In this document: piece after piece, positions 40,244 to 53,510 of the stretch | Layout of the letters: every line of letters begins with the position of its first letter | How positions within the stretch are numbered: position 1 is the first letter of the stretch | Origin: Lingula anatina | Lineage: Eukaryota > Animalia > Brachiopoda | Direction: 5' to 3' | Length of the DNA: 64,000 nt | NCBI GenBank assembly: GCA_051362555.1 | Contig: CM120646.1 | Location: forward strand, 11,532,001 to 11,596,000 | The notes under the pieces: model-generated | Seen by the model: only the letters and a program-made list of their open reading frames with translations | Told to the model about the DNA's origin: nothing | Database searches by the model: none | Position numbers and translations under genes: made by a program

Positions 40244-41510
40244 ATTTAGCATGTATATGTGATATAGGTATAATATACATGTAGTATTGTATTTATCGTG
40301 TGTGCTATGGGTTTCCTATGACCATAGGCTGCATAGGATATAGCCCTCTAAAGGTCGATAGTAACCCACATCTCAATTATTACCGTGGAAACAAATTCAT
40401 CACTAAGTGAGGAAACAGTTTCTATTCAAGTGCTTACCTTTTTACAGCGGGCGGTTTGGACTGGTGCAAAAACGTGCTTCCCATTCCAATCTAAACTTGG
40501 GCCTCGTTGTGGCATTCCCCCAAAGTCATTAGGCTGGAGCCAAAAGAGAAAACAATCTGCCATTTGGATATTATAGCTGTATCACATATAGGAATACCCC
40601 ACTACATGGGAACATACTATGTTATTCTTTACCGATAAAATATAAGAAATTATTGTCATTAAATGGTTATATGGAAAAATGATTTAAATATGGTTTAATG
40701 TCTATATTGTATTAAATTGCAAGTAAAAATTTCTTGAACAGATTTATATTAATCTCTGTCTGTTGTAATATATTTTTCACTAAACTGACTTTATGGCATT
40801 ATTGACAGAGGCAAGATGCTGGTACCAGGCAAGAAATATTAAAGATTCATGTTAAACGAGAAGGCATGTCAAACCATTGCCATATAGTTTCAAATAGTAT
40901 AAATACTACAGGCTTTCGTATCATTGTTTCTTTTTATTTTTCGTTTCATTACAAATTGGAGGGAAGGATATGTATGGCCATAAATTTAGAGAGAGAGTGC
41001 AATTTAAACACCCTTTAGGCTGATCGACAATTTATTTAGGTTATTTTTAGCAAGTGGATTTTATTTCAGTTGTGTAAGAGGCTGGTAAAAATAATTTGTA
41101 TGTGTTACAGGGAATCCACATAGCTGTGCCCAGGCTTATTATGTACCCTTTAAGTGGATAGAGAAGAAGTTGATTAAGCAATATTCATTATGGTCTAAAA
41201 ATAAATCCTTTCTAAAGGTATTACACGTATTGCTGTTTTTCAATCGCGACCTTATTCTTTTAACAAGAGACAAAGAGACCCTCTGTGAGTCCATCATAGT
41301 CTGAAAAAAGTAAAGTAATATATGTATACCAATCACAGTGAGAATGCAAAACCAGACAGATATCTAATATGCCTGGACAAGGTGCCAAAATCTGGTGTGT
41401 GTGATGACCAATTTCATAAATTATTATCATTTTTTTTTTGTTTGGGGGTGGCGATCAGTGGCGACCATTCTACGATTCTTTTGCCTCCTATACTAGGCAG
41501 ATGTTTGAGA

Positions 41511-42030
41511 GACACGTTCCAATATCTCTATAGCACGTCATGCCACCCCAACAATGCTCAAGGGTTTTATCAAAAGGGAATGCACCAGATGTATGGGAAA
41601 CAACACATCAAAAGAGGAATTTGAACCCCAGAGAAAACAATCTGATCAACTTCTATCCAGAAATGAGAAAGAGCAACTACAATCTCGAGAATTAAAGGCA
41701 AAGGAGAGAGACCCCCAACCAATGACAGAAACAAAGACAGATGGAGTCCAGAAAGTGGCAAACCACTGAAACTCCGAGAGCAAGAGAACCTAAACGCCCA
41801 GCACCTCTGAGATCACCGCGCACCTCCAGCAATCCCCACCATGAGGAGGTGAGGGAAACAAAGTGCATAGCCGTTTGCACAGAATGGATGGACCGCATAA
41901 CCAAGCAGCTGGCGAGATGGGCACACAAAATCACAGCCAGGGTAGACTTTTCAGGGTACCCTAGCCATGAAGAACTCACAAAGAAACGCACAGATATCCA
42001 AGAGAAAACATCAATCAGCATCAGAGAGAC
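41511..42030 (+). mobile_element. Degenerate Penelope-like retroelement fragment (C-terminal part of the reverse transcriptase)
   Basis: DTFQYLYSTSCHP, then after a frameshift LKGFIKRECTRCMGNNTSKEEFE. This matches from memory the FQY..SCHP...KGFIKGE..R..R.NS....F segment of Penelope-like ORFs. The 3' boundary is approximate. Confidence 0.65.
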
Positions 42031-42037
42031 AATTGAT

Positions 42038-42505
42038 GTTTTTTCCTTAATGGTCATCATGGCAGCAGTGTCCAAAATAGGGGTTTCTTCAACTGTTATA
42101 CAATGTAACATAATCCTAAACATTAGAATTACCATCAATTTTAATAATAAAATAAAAAAATATCACGGATGTTCAGAAAATGTGACTAGCAAAGGTCTTC
42201 AAAGTCACACCTTGAAAATGCCAATAGGTAAAAAAATATTTAATTTTCACAAAACCTGTATAACTTCCAGAAAAATCAACCAATTTGACCATGTATCTTT
42301 CCTGTAAGTTTGAGAAGAATAAGTAAGTGACATGGTTTTCCTTTAATGGTCACTGTGGAGGCAATGCCCAAAATAGGGTTTTCTTCAATTTGAAGGCAAT
42401 ATTCCATAATGCTCAAGAGCATAATGACTATCAATTTTTAATAATAAAATAAAATAAAAGTACTATGGATATTCAGGAAATGTGACTATCAAAAGTCTTC
42501 AAGTC
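42038..42505. repeat. Two diverged direct repeats (about 165 bp conserved, spaced about 296 bp)
   Basis: TTAATGGTCA...CCAAAATAGGG.TTTCTTCAA...TTTTAATAATAAAATAAAA...AAATGTGACTA.CAAA.GTCTTCAA at about 42040-42202 and 42335-42502. Confidence 0.75.
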
Positions 42506-42789
42506 CATGAAAGTTCAGTCACATCTTAAAATGCAGAATGTAAATAAGAGATAACTGTACTGAGAGGAGTTTATTTCCAATTTTCAATGTCCAATTTGTC
42601 CCATTCTGAGATTCTGAACATAGTGAATTACTGAATCTGACAAATTGCAATGATATGAGTTTATTTCCATTTAAGACACTTTATTACACTCTATGTAATC
42701 AACTAACAATATTGTTAAGATTAAGAAAATGTCAAAAGAACACTTTCACGTATCTAATTAATTCAATAACGAGACTATTAACGTGCCTT

Positions 42790-43005
42790 GGGCGTATTCC
42801 CACAGCTTTAAGATCGATCTATCCCCGCGTTGAGTCTCACTAGGTTACTGTCAGATAATCCGGCTTAAATGTCCGTCCCGCCCACTACAAGCTGTAAGGG
42901 GGTAAGTAAGTTTCGTGCCCGCTCGGCTGACAGCTATTTAGCGTGAACCCCCAGGGAGTTAGGTCGATCTAAAGTAGATTGATCTAATCTCTGGGAATGG
43001 GGTCT
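42790..43005. mobile_element. MITE (family A), copy 1
   Basis: Imperfect inverted ends (TATTCCCACAG...AGATCGATCT / AGATTGATCTAATCTCTGGGAATGGGGTCT). The whole element recurs in inverted orientation at about 62783-62980. Confidence 0.8.
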
Positions 43006-43039
43006 AAGAATTAACTCTGAAGAAGAACCACTTATATAC

Positions 43040-43560
43040 AAAAAAGGCATAACTTCATCAAAACTTTGAACTTGATCTGTATATTAGTCAGACTGATTAC
43101 TCCTGTAAGTTGACAAACAATATGCTGATCGGTTTTCCTTGAAATGTGTTTTCAGTGTTGCATTTACGCTGAAAAAAAAGCGCAAAAAATAGCATAAGTA
43201 AAAAATGGCCCAATCATGCTGATTTTCAAACTTGACCTACATATAATGAATATTCATCTGTTCTGTAAGTTTCAAGCCAAAAAGTAAAACGGTTTTCCAC
43301 TTATCGTTTTATCGGTTTGACATAGATGATGAAAAAAGTGAAAAAAAAAAACGCATAACTTTGGAAATATGGCTCGATCACGCTGATTTTCGAACTTGGC
43401 CTGCGTATTATGAATATTCACCAGTTCTGTAAGTTTCAAGGCAAAAGGTAAAACGGTTTTTCGCTTATGGTTTTATCGGTGAAAGTGCACAGCGAAGACG
43501 GCGACAACAGACGCGGGTGACGGTTATATGTACAGACACATCTGTTTCTGTACATAAAAA
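43040..43560 (+). mobile_element. Helentron/HINE-like non-autonomous element: tandem cores, short GAC-rich tract and terminal hairpin
   Basis: Three diverged cores of about 150-165 bp (GCATAA...AACTTGA/GC.T...CTGTAAGTT...CGGTTTT). Then GACGGCGACAACAGACG, then the hairpin ATGTACAGACACA-TC-TGTTTCTGTACAT followed by AAAAA. This layout resembles DINE-1/pearl-type elements. Confidence 0.5.
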
Positions 43561-44209
43561 GGCCTTTGTGGGGATACACACACACTCACGAAAGGCGTTT
43601 CCGAAATGTTCAAATCAATACAGCAACAAATAAAAACACCTTCTTGTCATATCTCAAGGGCGAGACACCCATCTCCTATCATGGACCTCTGACAGAAATT
43701 AAATACACCTATCTACATGTATTAAGATCATACCACCACCCAAGGGCAAAACGCTCAAAAGGGTGAAAAAAAATAAAAAATAAAAAGAAACACGGAATAC
43801 ACTCCAGGCTCTGAACACTACATAAACATTCAACACCCAGCAATGATGACCCCTTCTCCCACTCCTATCACCAGGACTCTGCTGTATATGAAAGTCAATT
43901 TTGACCTCCCCTTTTTCCCGCCGGGTGGTACGTCTCTCGTGCGACCAGTATTTTTCAGTCAAACTCTACAGAGGGGAGACGCATCCTACCACACTACACC
44001 GAGGTGTGACGCCTCACACAACTGTTTTTTATCCATCCTTAATTTTTGACCGTCTTCCGACAGAATTTTCAATGTAAAATTGAAAATTCTGACCGTCTTC
44101 CAGAAGACCCAGAAGATAGCCCAATCTACCCCTATACCGAGGCGAGACGCCTCACCCAACACATGCCACAAAAGTACAATGTACACGGCTTTATAGTCAC
44201 CACATATTA

Positions 44210-44507
44210 GATCACAACGAGTTGAGCCAGGCTTTTACAAATCCTGGGGACTAAATATGGCGGTCGTACATGAAAGAAAAACAGCCTAATCTTTTAATAG
44301 TCTCTCCGCCTCTCACACGCCTCCCCACACGTCGTCCCTGCGGGGGGACAGTCATTAAAGCTCGGCTCCATTGGGACGACACATGGGGAGGCGTGTGAGA
44401 GGCGGAGAGACTATTAAAAGATTAGGCGGTTTTTCTTTCATGTACGTCCGCCATATTTAGTCCCCAGGATTTGTAAAGCCTGGCTCAACTCGTTGTGAAT
44501 GCGATCT
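44210..44507. mobile_element. Near-perfect hairpin (foldback) MITE
   Basis: Arms about 44212-44338 and 44373-44498 are reverse complements with few mismatches (TCACAACGAGTTGAGCCAGGC... / ...GCCTGGCTCAACTCGTTGTGA). Outer GATC ends are flanked by TA on both sides. Confidence 0.85.
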
Positions 44508-44769
44508 AAGACTGACACGTCAAGTCACTTTGCTCTTTCCCTATCACATACGTGATCCAAGGGAATTGCAGTGCCTCACAGACGAACAAACTGCCTCAGA
44601 CGTCCCATAAGCAATCACAAAGTTTTTAACGAGAGGCGCTGTCAAAACACACGTCCCCATGGGTCCAGCCTTGGATGATGTGCTGTACTATTTTGATATG
44701 AGGGATTTAAACCGAGGCATGAGGCTACCACCCCCAAAACACTTATCTAAGCACAGTGTTTCTGCTTAT

Positions 44770-44985
44770 GACCCCATTCCCGTACCTAAATCAATCTAAC
44801 AGGATCGATCCATCTCCGAGGGGTTTCTTGCTAAATTGCTTTCAGCTTGAGCTGCTTAGATGTCTGACACGCCTACTAAAACTGTCAAACGATAGTAATT
44901 GCCCCCTCGCTGAAAGCAATATAACGAGAAACCCATCGGAGATGGATCGATTCTGTTAGATCGATCTAGGTATGGGAATGGGGTC
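44770..44985. mobile_element. MITE with about 60-bp TIRs; termini related to family A
   Basis: GACCCCATTCCCGTACCTAAATCAATCTAACAGGATCGATCCATCTCCGA ... TCGGAGATGGATCGATTCTGTTAGATCGATCTAGGTATGGGAATGGGGTC. Confidence 0.85.
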
Positions 44986-45382
44986 TTTGATGTGGTGTAC
45001 TAGTACACGATTTTTTTTCATCTTTCTAGTATTTAACACGTGTGTGAGTGTGTTCGCGCGCCAGTCCGCTAGTGTAGTATTTAATTATCCTATTTTCCGT
45101 TCAATTTCATGCTTCACCAATGTTCTGCAAAGGTATGGGTCAAGCTATTTCTGACCAGTCACTTGGGTTACCCCTTTCTCACATGTGTAACGAACACTTC
45201 TATAATGGGCAAAACGCCATCCGAATTTCCACGATTTGTGTCAGATTTACGTTAAGTCGCTAAAAAAAATTCAAGGACACGTTATGACGAGTTTATTTGT
45301 TGGCACTCCAATGGACCATCATCTTATGTTAGGTGGATCCAATGCTGCACTATTGCTCGGTGCATATAAATGTTAATTACTA

Positions 45383-46071
45383 AAATTGCACACGTCCACT
45401 TGCCTTACATAATTACACGTAAGACCATAAAACGAGTCACGTGCACTAGCAAGCGACTCCATTTAAATTAATTTACAAGTCTGGGTAATTTACAAGTCTG
45501 GTCAGGTAAAAAAAAAAAACAGAGATAAAACCCTTATATATATACATGTACCTTTCCTTATGAATATGGGGAAAATAGCTCTAGAAACCGGGCTATTGAG
45601 GGCCTTCTATATTAAAATGTTTGATATCGATTCGAGTCTTTGGGTGTCAAGAGTCTTTCAATAAAAACGACATTAACCGGCATGGCGAACCGCATATTAT
45701 TGGCGGGGTCCACCACTCTCATTTGTAGAGTTGCTTGGTTACCAGGGTGAGGGCGAATGGATTGAAGCGCTTGAAAACCTTAGCCATGGACGCAAGGAAG
45801 GCGGTGGGTCGTAGGAGAAGGTACAGGCGCGACGAAGCGGGAACCATTTTCTGTCACCTGAAACGAGACACAAGGGAAAATGAACTTTCTTCCTTATAAA
45901 AAGCTTCATACTTAAACCTCACTTCATCTGTATATGTAGTAAGCAAAAAGTGGGAACACTCAAATTGCACCCGTCCACTTGTCTTATACATGTATGATTA
46001 CATGTAGGGCCATAAAACGAGTCAAGTGCACAAGCAAGCGACTCCATTGAAAATCACTTCACAAGTCTGGG
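45383..46071. repeat. Pair of about 100-bp direct repeats (45383-45485 and 45962-46071)
   Basis: AAATTGCAC.CGTCCACTTG.CTTA...CCATAAAACGAGTCA.GTGCAC.AGCAAGCGACTCCATT...ACAAGTCTGGG in both. They lie within an insertion present upstream of GT92 copy 2 but not copy 1. Confidence 0.75.
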
Positions 46072-46303
46072 GGTTTCTTCTGTGAACTAAGCACATAAAC
46101 GAAGCGCTTCAGTAAAATATTTAAATCATGCTGGTGGCGTATAGCAATTCCCTTTATATATCCTATAAATTTAGAATTGGCCTTTTTATGTTATAGTGTT
46201 GGCAGATTTTTCATATACGCTGGAGGCTGAAAAGAGAATTTCAGGACAGCAACTGGGCATATGAAATCACTAAGACATGGGTGAGCCATCCGTGCGAGAA
46301 AAG

Positions 46304-48093
46304 ATGCCGTATTCAAAAAAGATACTAAAAGTACTGGCGTTTTTGGTCTCATTGTGTGTACTTTTTCTTGTCTCTGCTTTGATATGGTCTGCAATGCAGT
46401 CAAAACCTGGCGAGTTTAGATACGTGGCAGTTAGAGGAAAAACAAAATCAAGCATGAATAGCAGTTCTCATGAGCATGAAGATAGTAAGAGAACAGTTCC
46501 TAGAAGAGGTGGGAGCAACAAAGCAAAAGGATCATATAAAAGTGAAGAGATTTCGTTTTCAAAATTTTCAACAACCAAATGCTCCAATTTACCCGCGGTA
46601 TCTCCAGATATACCGCTAACCGAGCAGTGGATGCCTGTCATTCTCCCTTCAAACGATTCGCTGGATTATGTTTTCTCAGCATACCTGTATACCAGATATA
46701 ACAAACGACAAGTGATTGTTACATCCATGACTTCTCAAAAACGCGTACCATTTGTTTGTCAGATTTGGGCCAGGTCTAAAGGGTCGGAAGACAAAGTAGA
46801 ACACCGGATTACACCCTGCTCGGGAAGAGCAATCATGTCTCCTGGGTTGTGAGTACATCTAACAATACTATATGATAACCTCAAAGCAAGCCTATCAAGA
46901 TCATGTTGATATTAATTTAGATTAAAAGGAAGAATGTTGAATATTTAATCAATGGCAGTGTTGTTCAGGAGAGTTATTTTTATAACCCCCCCCCCCCCCA
47001 CCACAATACCATAATCATATCCAGTATGTATCCAATGTTGACAAAAAAATACTTTGGCCCATTGATTTGCAAGGTGTATGTTAATGTGAGTAAATGAAAA
47101 TAATGATTTCACGCTTACGCCTTTTTCAACGTAAACTATATCTTTTGCAGTTTCAAAGCCACTCTCCTTTTTTGCCCCATCAAGACTGACGAAGAGCCGT
47201 TTGCAGTTTCAATTGTACAAGCCAAAGACCCGTGTTCAGCCCCTCACAATGTTTTAAGAATCCAGGATGCTAGTTTTCCAGACGACCAGAACGTAACTGT
47301 TGCCGTATGCGTTAAGGCTCTTTACGGAAGTTATGGTGGCTATAATAGGACGGCAAGATTGGTTGAATTTATTGAAGTTTACAAAATGCTTGGTGCCAGC
47401 TTTTTCACTTTCTATTTTTTAAATCTAAATTGTAACGTTACTTGTCCTATTTTGAAATATTACGAAAAAGAAAAACAACTTTCCATTATACCGTGGCACG
47501 CACCGCCAAACCTGAGAACAAAATTGAAGTCATATTCCGATTACCAATTCAGGTGGGTCCAAGATGTTGGGCAAGCCATAGCCCAAACTGACTGTCTTTA
47601 CAGAAGTATGGGGAAGCACACTCACATAGCCATGGTAGACATTGATGAATTTCTCATTCCTAGATCAAACATGACTTTCCAAAAACTATTCAGTGTGTTA
47701 CCAAAACATCAAGGAGTGTATACATTTCGGAACAGGTTTTTTCAATTGCATTATAACCCCCAAAGGCTCTCTGCTGTTTTCAATGATTCAAGGATTCGAA
47801 AGTACCGACCAAAAACTATAATAGCTACTCGTGGAATGCGGCCATTAGATAAAAGACCAAAGTACGTGGTTTTTCGAAAAGGCGCATGGGGTGCTTTGAC
47901 ACACCGCGCAAAATTATATCGTGGTTACAATGACTATGTCGTACCGGTAGAACTAGGTGCTATGCACCATTATCGAGGTTATAATGAAAGACAGGTTGGA
48001 GAATATGATCCATATATGTTATCATATAAAGAGGAAATACTACACAGGATGGATTCTGTATTCAATCGAACGAAAGCACAGGTAGTACACTGA
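46304..48093 (+). CDS. Glycosyltransferase family 92 (GALT-1-like), copy 2, about 495 aa
   Basis: Exons 46304-46848 (an in-frame upstream ATG at 46277 is also possible) and 47151-48093. Same phase-2 intron, TM, DxD (VDIDEF) and other motifs as copy 1. Confidence 0.92.
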
Positions 48094-51000
48094 CTGTAGC
48101 ATATATGATAGGATATAACCCTCTAAAGGTCTATAGTAACCCACATTATTATCGTGGAAACAAATTCATCAATCAGTGAGGAAACGCTCTCTATTCAAGC
48201 GTTTTCTTTGGCCACAGACGGGGGTTTCAATCTAAACTTGAGGCTCATTTTTGCATTCACCTTCAGTCTTTAGGTTGGTGCCAAACGAGACAAGCATCTG
48301 TCATATGGATATTTTAGTTGTATCACACATAGGAATACCCCACGTAAACGTAAAATTATTCTAAACCTATCAAATTACAACCGTTTTTGATCATTGTATG
48401 ATAATATGGAAAAAATTGTTTGATATTTCTTTACATCTTTATTGTATTTAATTGCAAGTGAAAATGTTAAATGCTACATGTATTTATACTTATCAAACAC
48501 ATTTTCTCAGTTAATTTGTCATGATTGACAGAGGCATGATGCTGGTACCACTCGAGAAATATTAAAGATTCATATTAAGCGAGAAGACTTGTCACACTAT
48601 TACCAGACAGTTTCAAATAGTGTAAATAATACAGGGTTTCGTATCATTGTTACCTTTCATTTTTCGTTTCAACACTAACTAGAGGGACGGACACGTAGCT
48701 ATTGCCAGAATTTAAGTGAAGTTGCAATTTTAACACCTTTGGCAAGTAAATTTTATTTCAGTTGTGTAAGCAGCTGGTAGACGTAATTTGTATGTGTTAC
48801 AGGAAATTTAATTGTTGTACCCACGCTTGTAATGTACCCTTTAAGTGGATAGGAAAGAAGTTGCTTAAGCAATAGTCATTGTAGTGTAGAAAACAATGGT
48901 TTCTTAAGGGGCTATTGCTGTTTCTCAGCCATGGCGTCAGGACCCCGTGTGTGATGACCAATTTCAACATTTTTTTTTATTTCTTGTTTATTTGTTTGAG
49001 TGCGTTTGGCCCATGCCTTCGTTTAGATTCTCCCTCATCAATATAGCATGATTCACGGCTGGGTGTCTTGGGACGTGTTAAAACTTTGAGATTGCTGATG
49101 GGACGCGCCAATCTTTTCTGCTCGAATGGGACAATTTTCCACAAAATAGCATTGTTGCCCTGGTTGAATACATGCTGCACCGCTTACAGAGCGATGTGGG
49201 ACACACACTTTTGACGCGTTCTCTTTCACGAGCACATGCTGATACTAATTGTGCGTAAATTCAGTGGTGCCTTTTTCATTTAATGGACATTTTTTTACCT
49301 TTTGTGGAAAATGCTGTGGTACATCAGACATGAAGCTCTTCATGCTCTTAATTTAAATAAATGGTATAACATATGGATATATTCACTGGTATGTTGTACT
49401 TACTTTACAGTTAATCTGGTTTAATATAGTATCTCGAATTAACAGCACTATTCAAGATGGTTTACAGTTAATACAGTTAAAGTTTATCATTTTTAAATAA
49501 GCAAATGAAATTAGGGTGAAAGAATCTTTATGACCAATAGTGTATATCTCTCACCTTGCAAGATGCTTTCAAAGACACATTATCGATGCCAGGATGAATG
49601 TTTGTTGCAGAGTCATCAATATCTTTAAATCTTCATGTAGACAAAGACCAATTTTCATTATGACAGAAACGAAACAATTTAGTAAGAAATTTAATTTTCA
49701 TAAAAAAATATACATTTAAAGGAAGTTGACATGCCAAACCATATCTACTAAACCCGACCAAATACCACAATATAGTTTCAAGTAGTATAACTTAATTAAG
49801 AAATAACAAAGGGTATCGTTATATATTTTCCAAAAAATGATATACGAACAGATATTTTCTGTGTTCTGTCTGTGCTACATTTAAGTGGTTGAAGGGAGAG
49901 GACGAAAATGTAGATAAGGTAGTTGGGAAGTGACAATAAAGAATATAAAGGAACCTTAAAGTTGTTTTGGTTTTTACCTCAGTAATATAAAGTCAGTATC
50001 ATCGCAACACATCGTGACAAAATCGTAGAGTGTACGGAGGCCGTAAATCATAACGATTCGCTTTGATTTCGCTTGGCCACCGTCTACCTCCGCTCAGACG
50101 CCGTGCGAAAAGTGATTTACGGGCAGTATACGAGCATCGTACGGACGTCTCAATGGCAAGTGTAATCTAGGCTTAAACAAGCGTAAATACAAATAATCTA
50201 CACATCAATCGTCTGAAGATTATTTTACTTTTTGCCCATTACCTCAGACGGCACGTTCCATGGTTTGTGACCGATACTGCATTGCGTCATTTTCAAATTA
50301 ATGCTGACCGTTACGATGTGATGAAAATGTAGATAGGAGATTGTAGGACAAAAAACTAACAAGTCAAATCGAAATTAAACATTTAAAACGATACTACGCA
50401 AAGTACAAACCGCTAGCAAGGTAGTTGTTAAAACGTGTCTCTGCCTATAGAAAGGAACAATACCGGTGTAACGGGACAGAGAGTCCCCCTTGATAGAGTG
50501 TCCGCTTCCCATTCATTTGTACAGGTGAGCCTCGCCCTAGATTTCGACCCACTTAGCTAAGACTAACCCTAAACATTATAACTGCATGGAGGACGGGCTT
50601 TCTGTTACACGGACCCTCAGTTTCGTTACACCGGCAGATAAGTAACTGTGTAATTACGATCGGCTTACAGTAAGCGCCAATAAAGGGAACCAGAGGAGAC
50701 AGGATTGTGTCGGAAGTGACGTCTATTGGTGTAAGTAAGACGTGAAGCTGAGTGGTCATTTTCAGCTGGAGGTGAACTGGAGTGAAGACGTGGGCTCAGT
50801 CAAAAAAAATGCAGTTTTTCCAATAACACTTCAGGCACAATCCTGTCTTCTATGGTTCTCTTTATTTAATCCCCGCCGTGCATAAACAGGGGGAGAAGCT
50901 GCCTCCGATAGACAAGCAGAGATTTGTATATGCGCGCACATAGCACTGGCTTGATGCCTGCTTATTTGCATTGCAATTGTGTTTTGCCCTATAATTATCT

Positions 51001-51246
51001 CATCAGACTGTAAACGCATAATGCGCCAGATAATGATCCATTAGTTGTTGCGTGACAAACGATACGCAGGAAGCAGCACGTAAATTTATTAAAGTCATTT
51101 TGCAGTATTGAGACAACACTTTTAATATTTTATGAGAAATTGCTTTGAAAAATTTAAACTGCAGTACTTTTCGTAGCGCATGTTTTTCGTCTGAGCTGGA
51201 GGCTGAAAAAAGAAATCACTACAGAAATTGTGCATATGAAATAGAC

Positions 51247-51438
51247 ATGGGACAGCCATCCTTGCAAGAAAAGATGCCGTATTAAAAATGATACCAAAAC
51301 TATTGACGTTTTTGGTCTCATTGTGTGCACTTTCTCTTGTCCCTGCTTTGATATGGTCTGCAATGCAGTCAAAACCAGGCGAGTTTAGATACGTGGCAGT
51401 TGAAAAAACAAAATCAAGCATGAATATCATTTCTCATG
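51247..51438 (+). pseudogene. Truncated GT92 exon-1 fragment (N-terminus and TM only)
   Basis: Homologous to the first about 190 bp of GT92 exon 1. It reads ATG CCG TAT TAA (stop at codon 4) and breaks off at ATGAATATCATTTCTCATG. The upstream flank ATGATCCATTAGTTGTTGCGTGACAAACGATAC occurs at 51034 and again at about 51462. Confidence 0.85.
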
Positions 51439-51744
51439 TATACACATTATTACGTTAGAAAATGATCCATTAGTTGTTGCGTGACAAACGATACACAGGA
51501 GGAAGCAGGTACATTTATTACTGTTCTTTTGTAATATTAAAACCGCAATGGTAGCGAATAGCCAATCTCTTTAAATATCCGAAATCGTATGAGAATTTAC
51601 CTTGAAAACCTTTATACTGCAGTGTTGGCAGACAATTGTAGCGCATGTTTTTCGTCTACGCTGGAGGCTGAAAAGAAAATTCCGGGGCAGAAATTAGGCA
51701 TGTGAAATCAGTTAGACTTGGGAGAGCCATCCTTGCAAGAAAAG

Positions 51745-53510
51745 ATGTTGCATTCAAAAAAGATACTGAAGATATTTACGCTTTTGGTCTCATTATGTGT
51801 ACTTTTTCTTGTCTCTGCTTTGATATGGTCTGCAATGCAGTCAAAACCTGGCGAGTTAAGATACGTGGCAGTTGGAAAAACAAAATCAAGCATGAATATC
51901 AGTTCTCATGAGTATGAAGACAGTAAAAGAACAGTTCCTGGAAGAGATGGGAGCAACAAAGCAAATGGATCATACAGAAGAGAAGAGATTTCCTTTTCAA
52001 AGTTTTCAACAATCAAATGCTCCAATTTACCCGCGGTGTCTCCAGATGTACCGCTTACCCAGCAGTGGATGCCTGTCATTCTCCCTTCGAACGATTCCCT
52101 AGATTATGTTTTCGCAGCATACCTCTACACCAATGATGGCAGACGACAGGTGGTTGTTACATCCATGAATTCTGAAAACCACGTACCATTTGTTTGTCAG
52201 ATTTGGGCCCGATCTAAAGGGTCGGAAGGCAAAGTAACTCACCGGATTACACCCTGTTCGGGAAGAGCAATCATGACTCCTGGGTTGTGAGTACATCTTA
52301 CAATATAATAACATCAAAGCGAGTAAATCAATACATTGTTGAGATTAATTCTGATAACAAACGGAAAAATGTTGAAAATATAATTAGTGGCAGTGTTGTT
52401 CACAAGACTAATTTTTATCACACCCCCCCCCCCCCAAAAAAAAAATCTCCACCAGCGGTATCTACTGTTGACAAAAAATACTTTGGCCCATTGATTTGTA
52501 AGGTGTATGTTTGTTTGGTAAATACAAATAAAAGGTTCACGCTTATCGCCTTTTTCAACGTAAACTCTATCTTTTACAGTTTCAAAGCCACTCTCCTTTA
52601 TTGTCCCATCAAGACTGACGAAGAGCCGTTTGCAGTTTCAATTGTACAGGCCAAAGACCCGTGTTCAGCCCCACACAATGTTTTAAGAATCCAGGATGCT
52701 AGTTTTCCAGACGACAAGAACGTAACTGTTGCCGTATGCGTTAAGCCTCTTTACGGAAATTATGGTGGCTTTAATAGGACTGCAAGATTGGTTGAATTTA
52801 TTGAAGTTTATAAAATGCTTGGTGCAGGCTTTTTCACTATGTATGCTTTTGATCTAAATTTCAACGTAACTTATCCTATTTTAAAATATTACAAGCAAGA
52901 AAAGCGACTCTCCATTATACCGTGGCACGCACCGCCAAACCTGAAACAATTTGTCAATTATCCAAAGAGATGGTACAGAGATATTGGGCAAACCATAGCC
53001 CAAACTGACTGTCTTTACAGAAGTATGAGGAAGTACTCTCACGTAGCCATGGTAGACATTGATGAATTTCTCATTCCAAGATCCAACATGACTTTCCAAA
53101 AACTATTCAGTGTGTTACCAAAACATCAAGGAGTGTATACATTTCGGAACAGGTTTTTCCGGGTGGACAATAGCCCCCAAAGGCTCTCTGCTGCTTTCAA
53201 GGATTCAAGGATTCGAAAATACCGACCAAAAACTATTATAGCTACCCGTGGAATGCGAGCTATAGATAAAAGACGGAAGTACATTGCTCTTGCAAAGGGC
53301 GTATGGGGTGCTTTGACACACCGCACAAAATTAAATCATGGTTACAAAGACTATGTGGTACCAGTGGAACTAGGGGCTATGCATCATTATCGAGACTATA
53401 TTAAAAGACAGGCTGGAGAATTTGATCCATATATGTTATCATATAAAGAGGAAATACTGCAAAGGATGGAATATGTGTTCAATGAAACAAAGGCGCTGGT
53501 AGTACACTAA
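51745..53510 (+). CDS. Glycosyltransferase family 92 (GALT-1-like), copy 3, about 490 aa
   Basis: Exons 51745-52286 and 52580-53510. Same intron position and motifs; 4-aa deletion in the loop before the GQ-x3-TDC motif. Confidence 0.92.

Noticed and set aside
41741-42307. 188-aa ORF as a host gene
   Set aside because: It runs from the Penelope-like relic into non-coding direct repeats; a chimeric chance ORF.
52287-53510. 407-aa ORF as a distinct longer protein
   Set aside because: Its first 293 nt are the GT92 copy-3 intron (starts at the GTGAGT donor, ends TTTTACAG at 52579). The open frame is incidental and is not preserved in the other copies.
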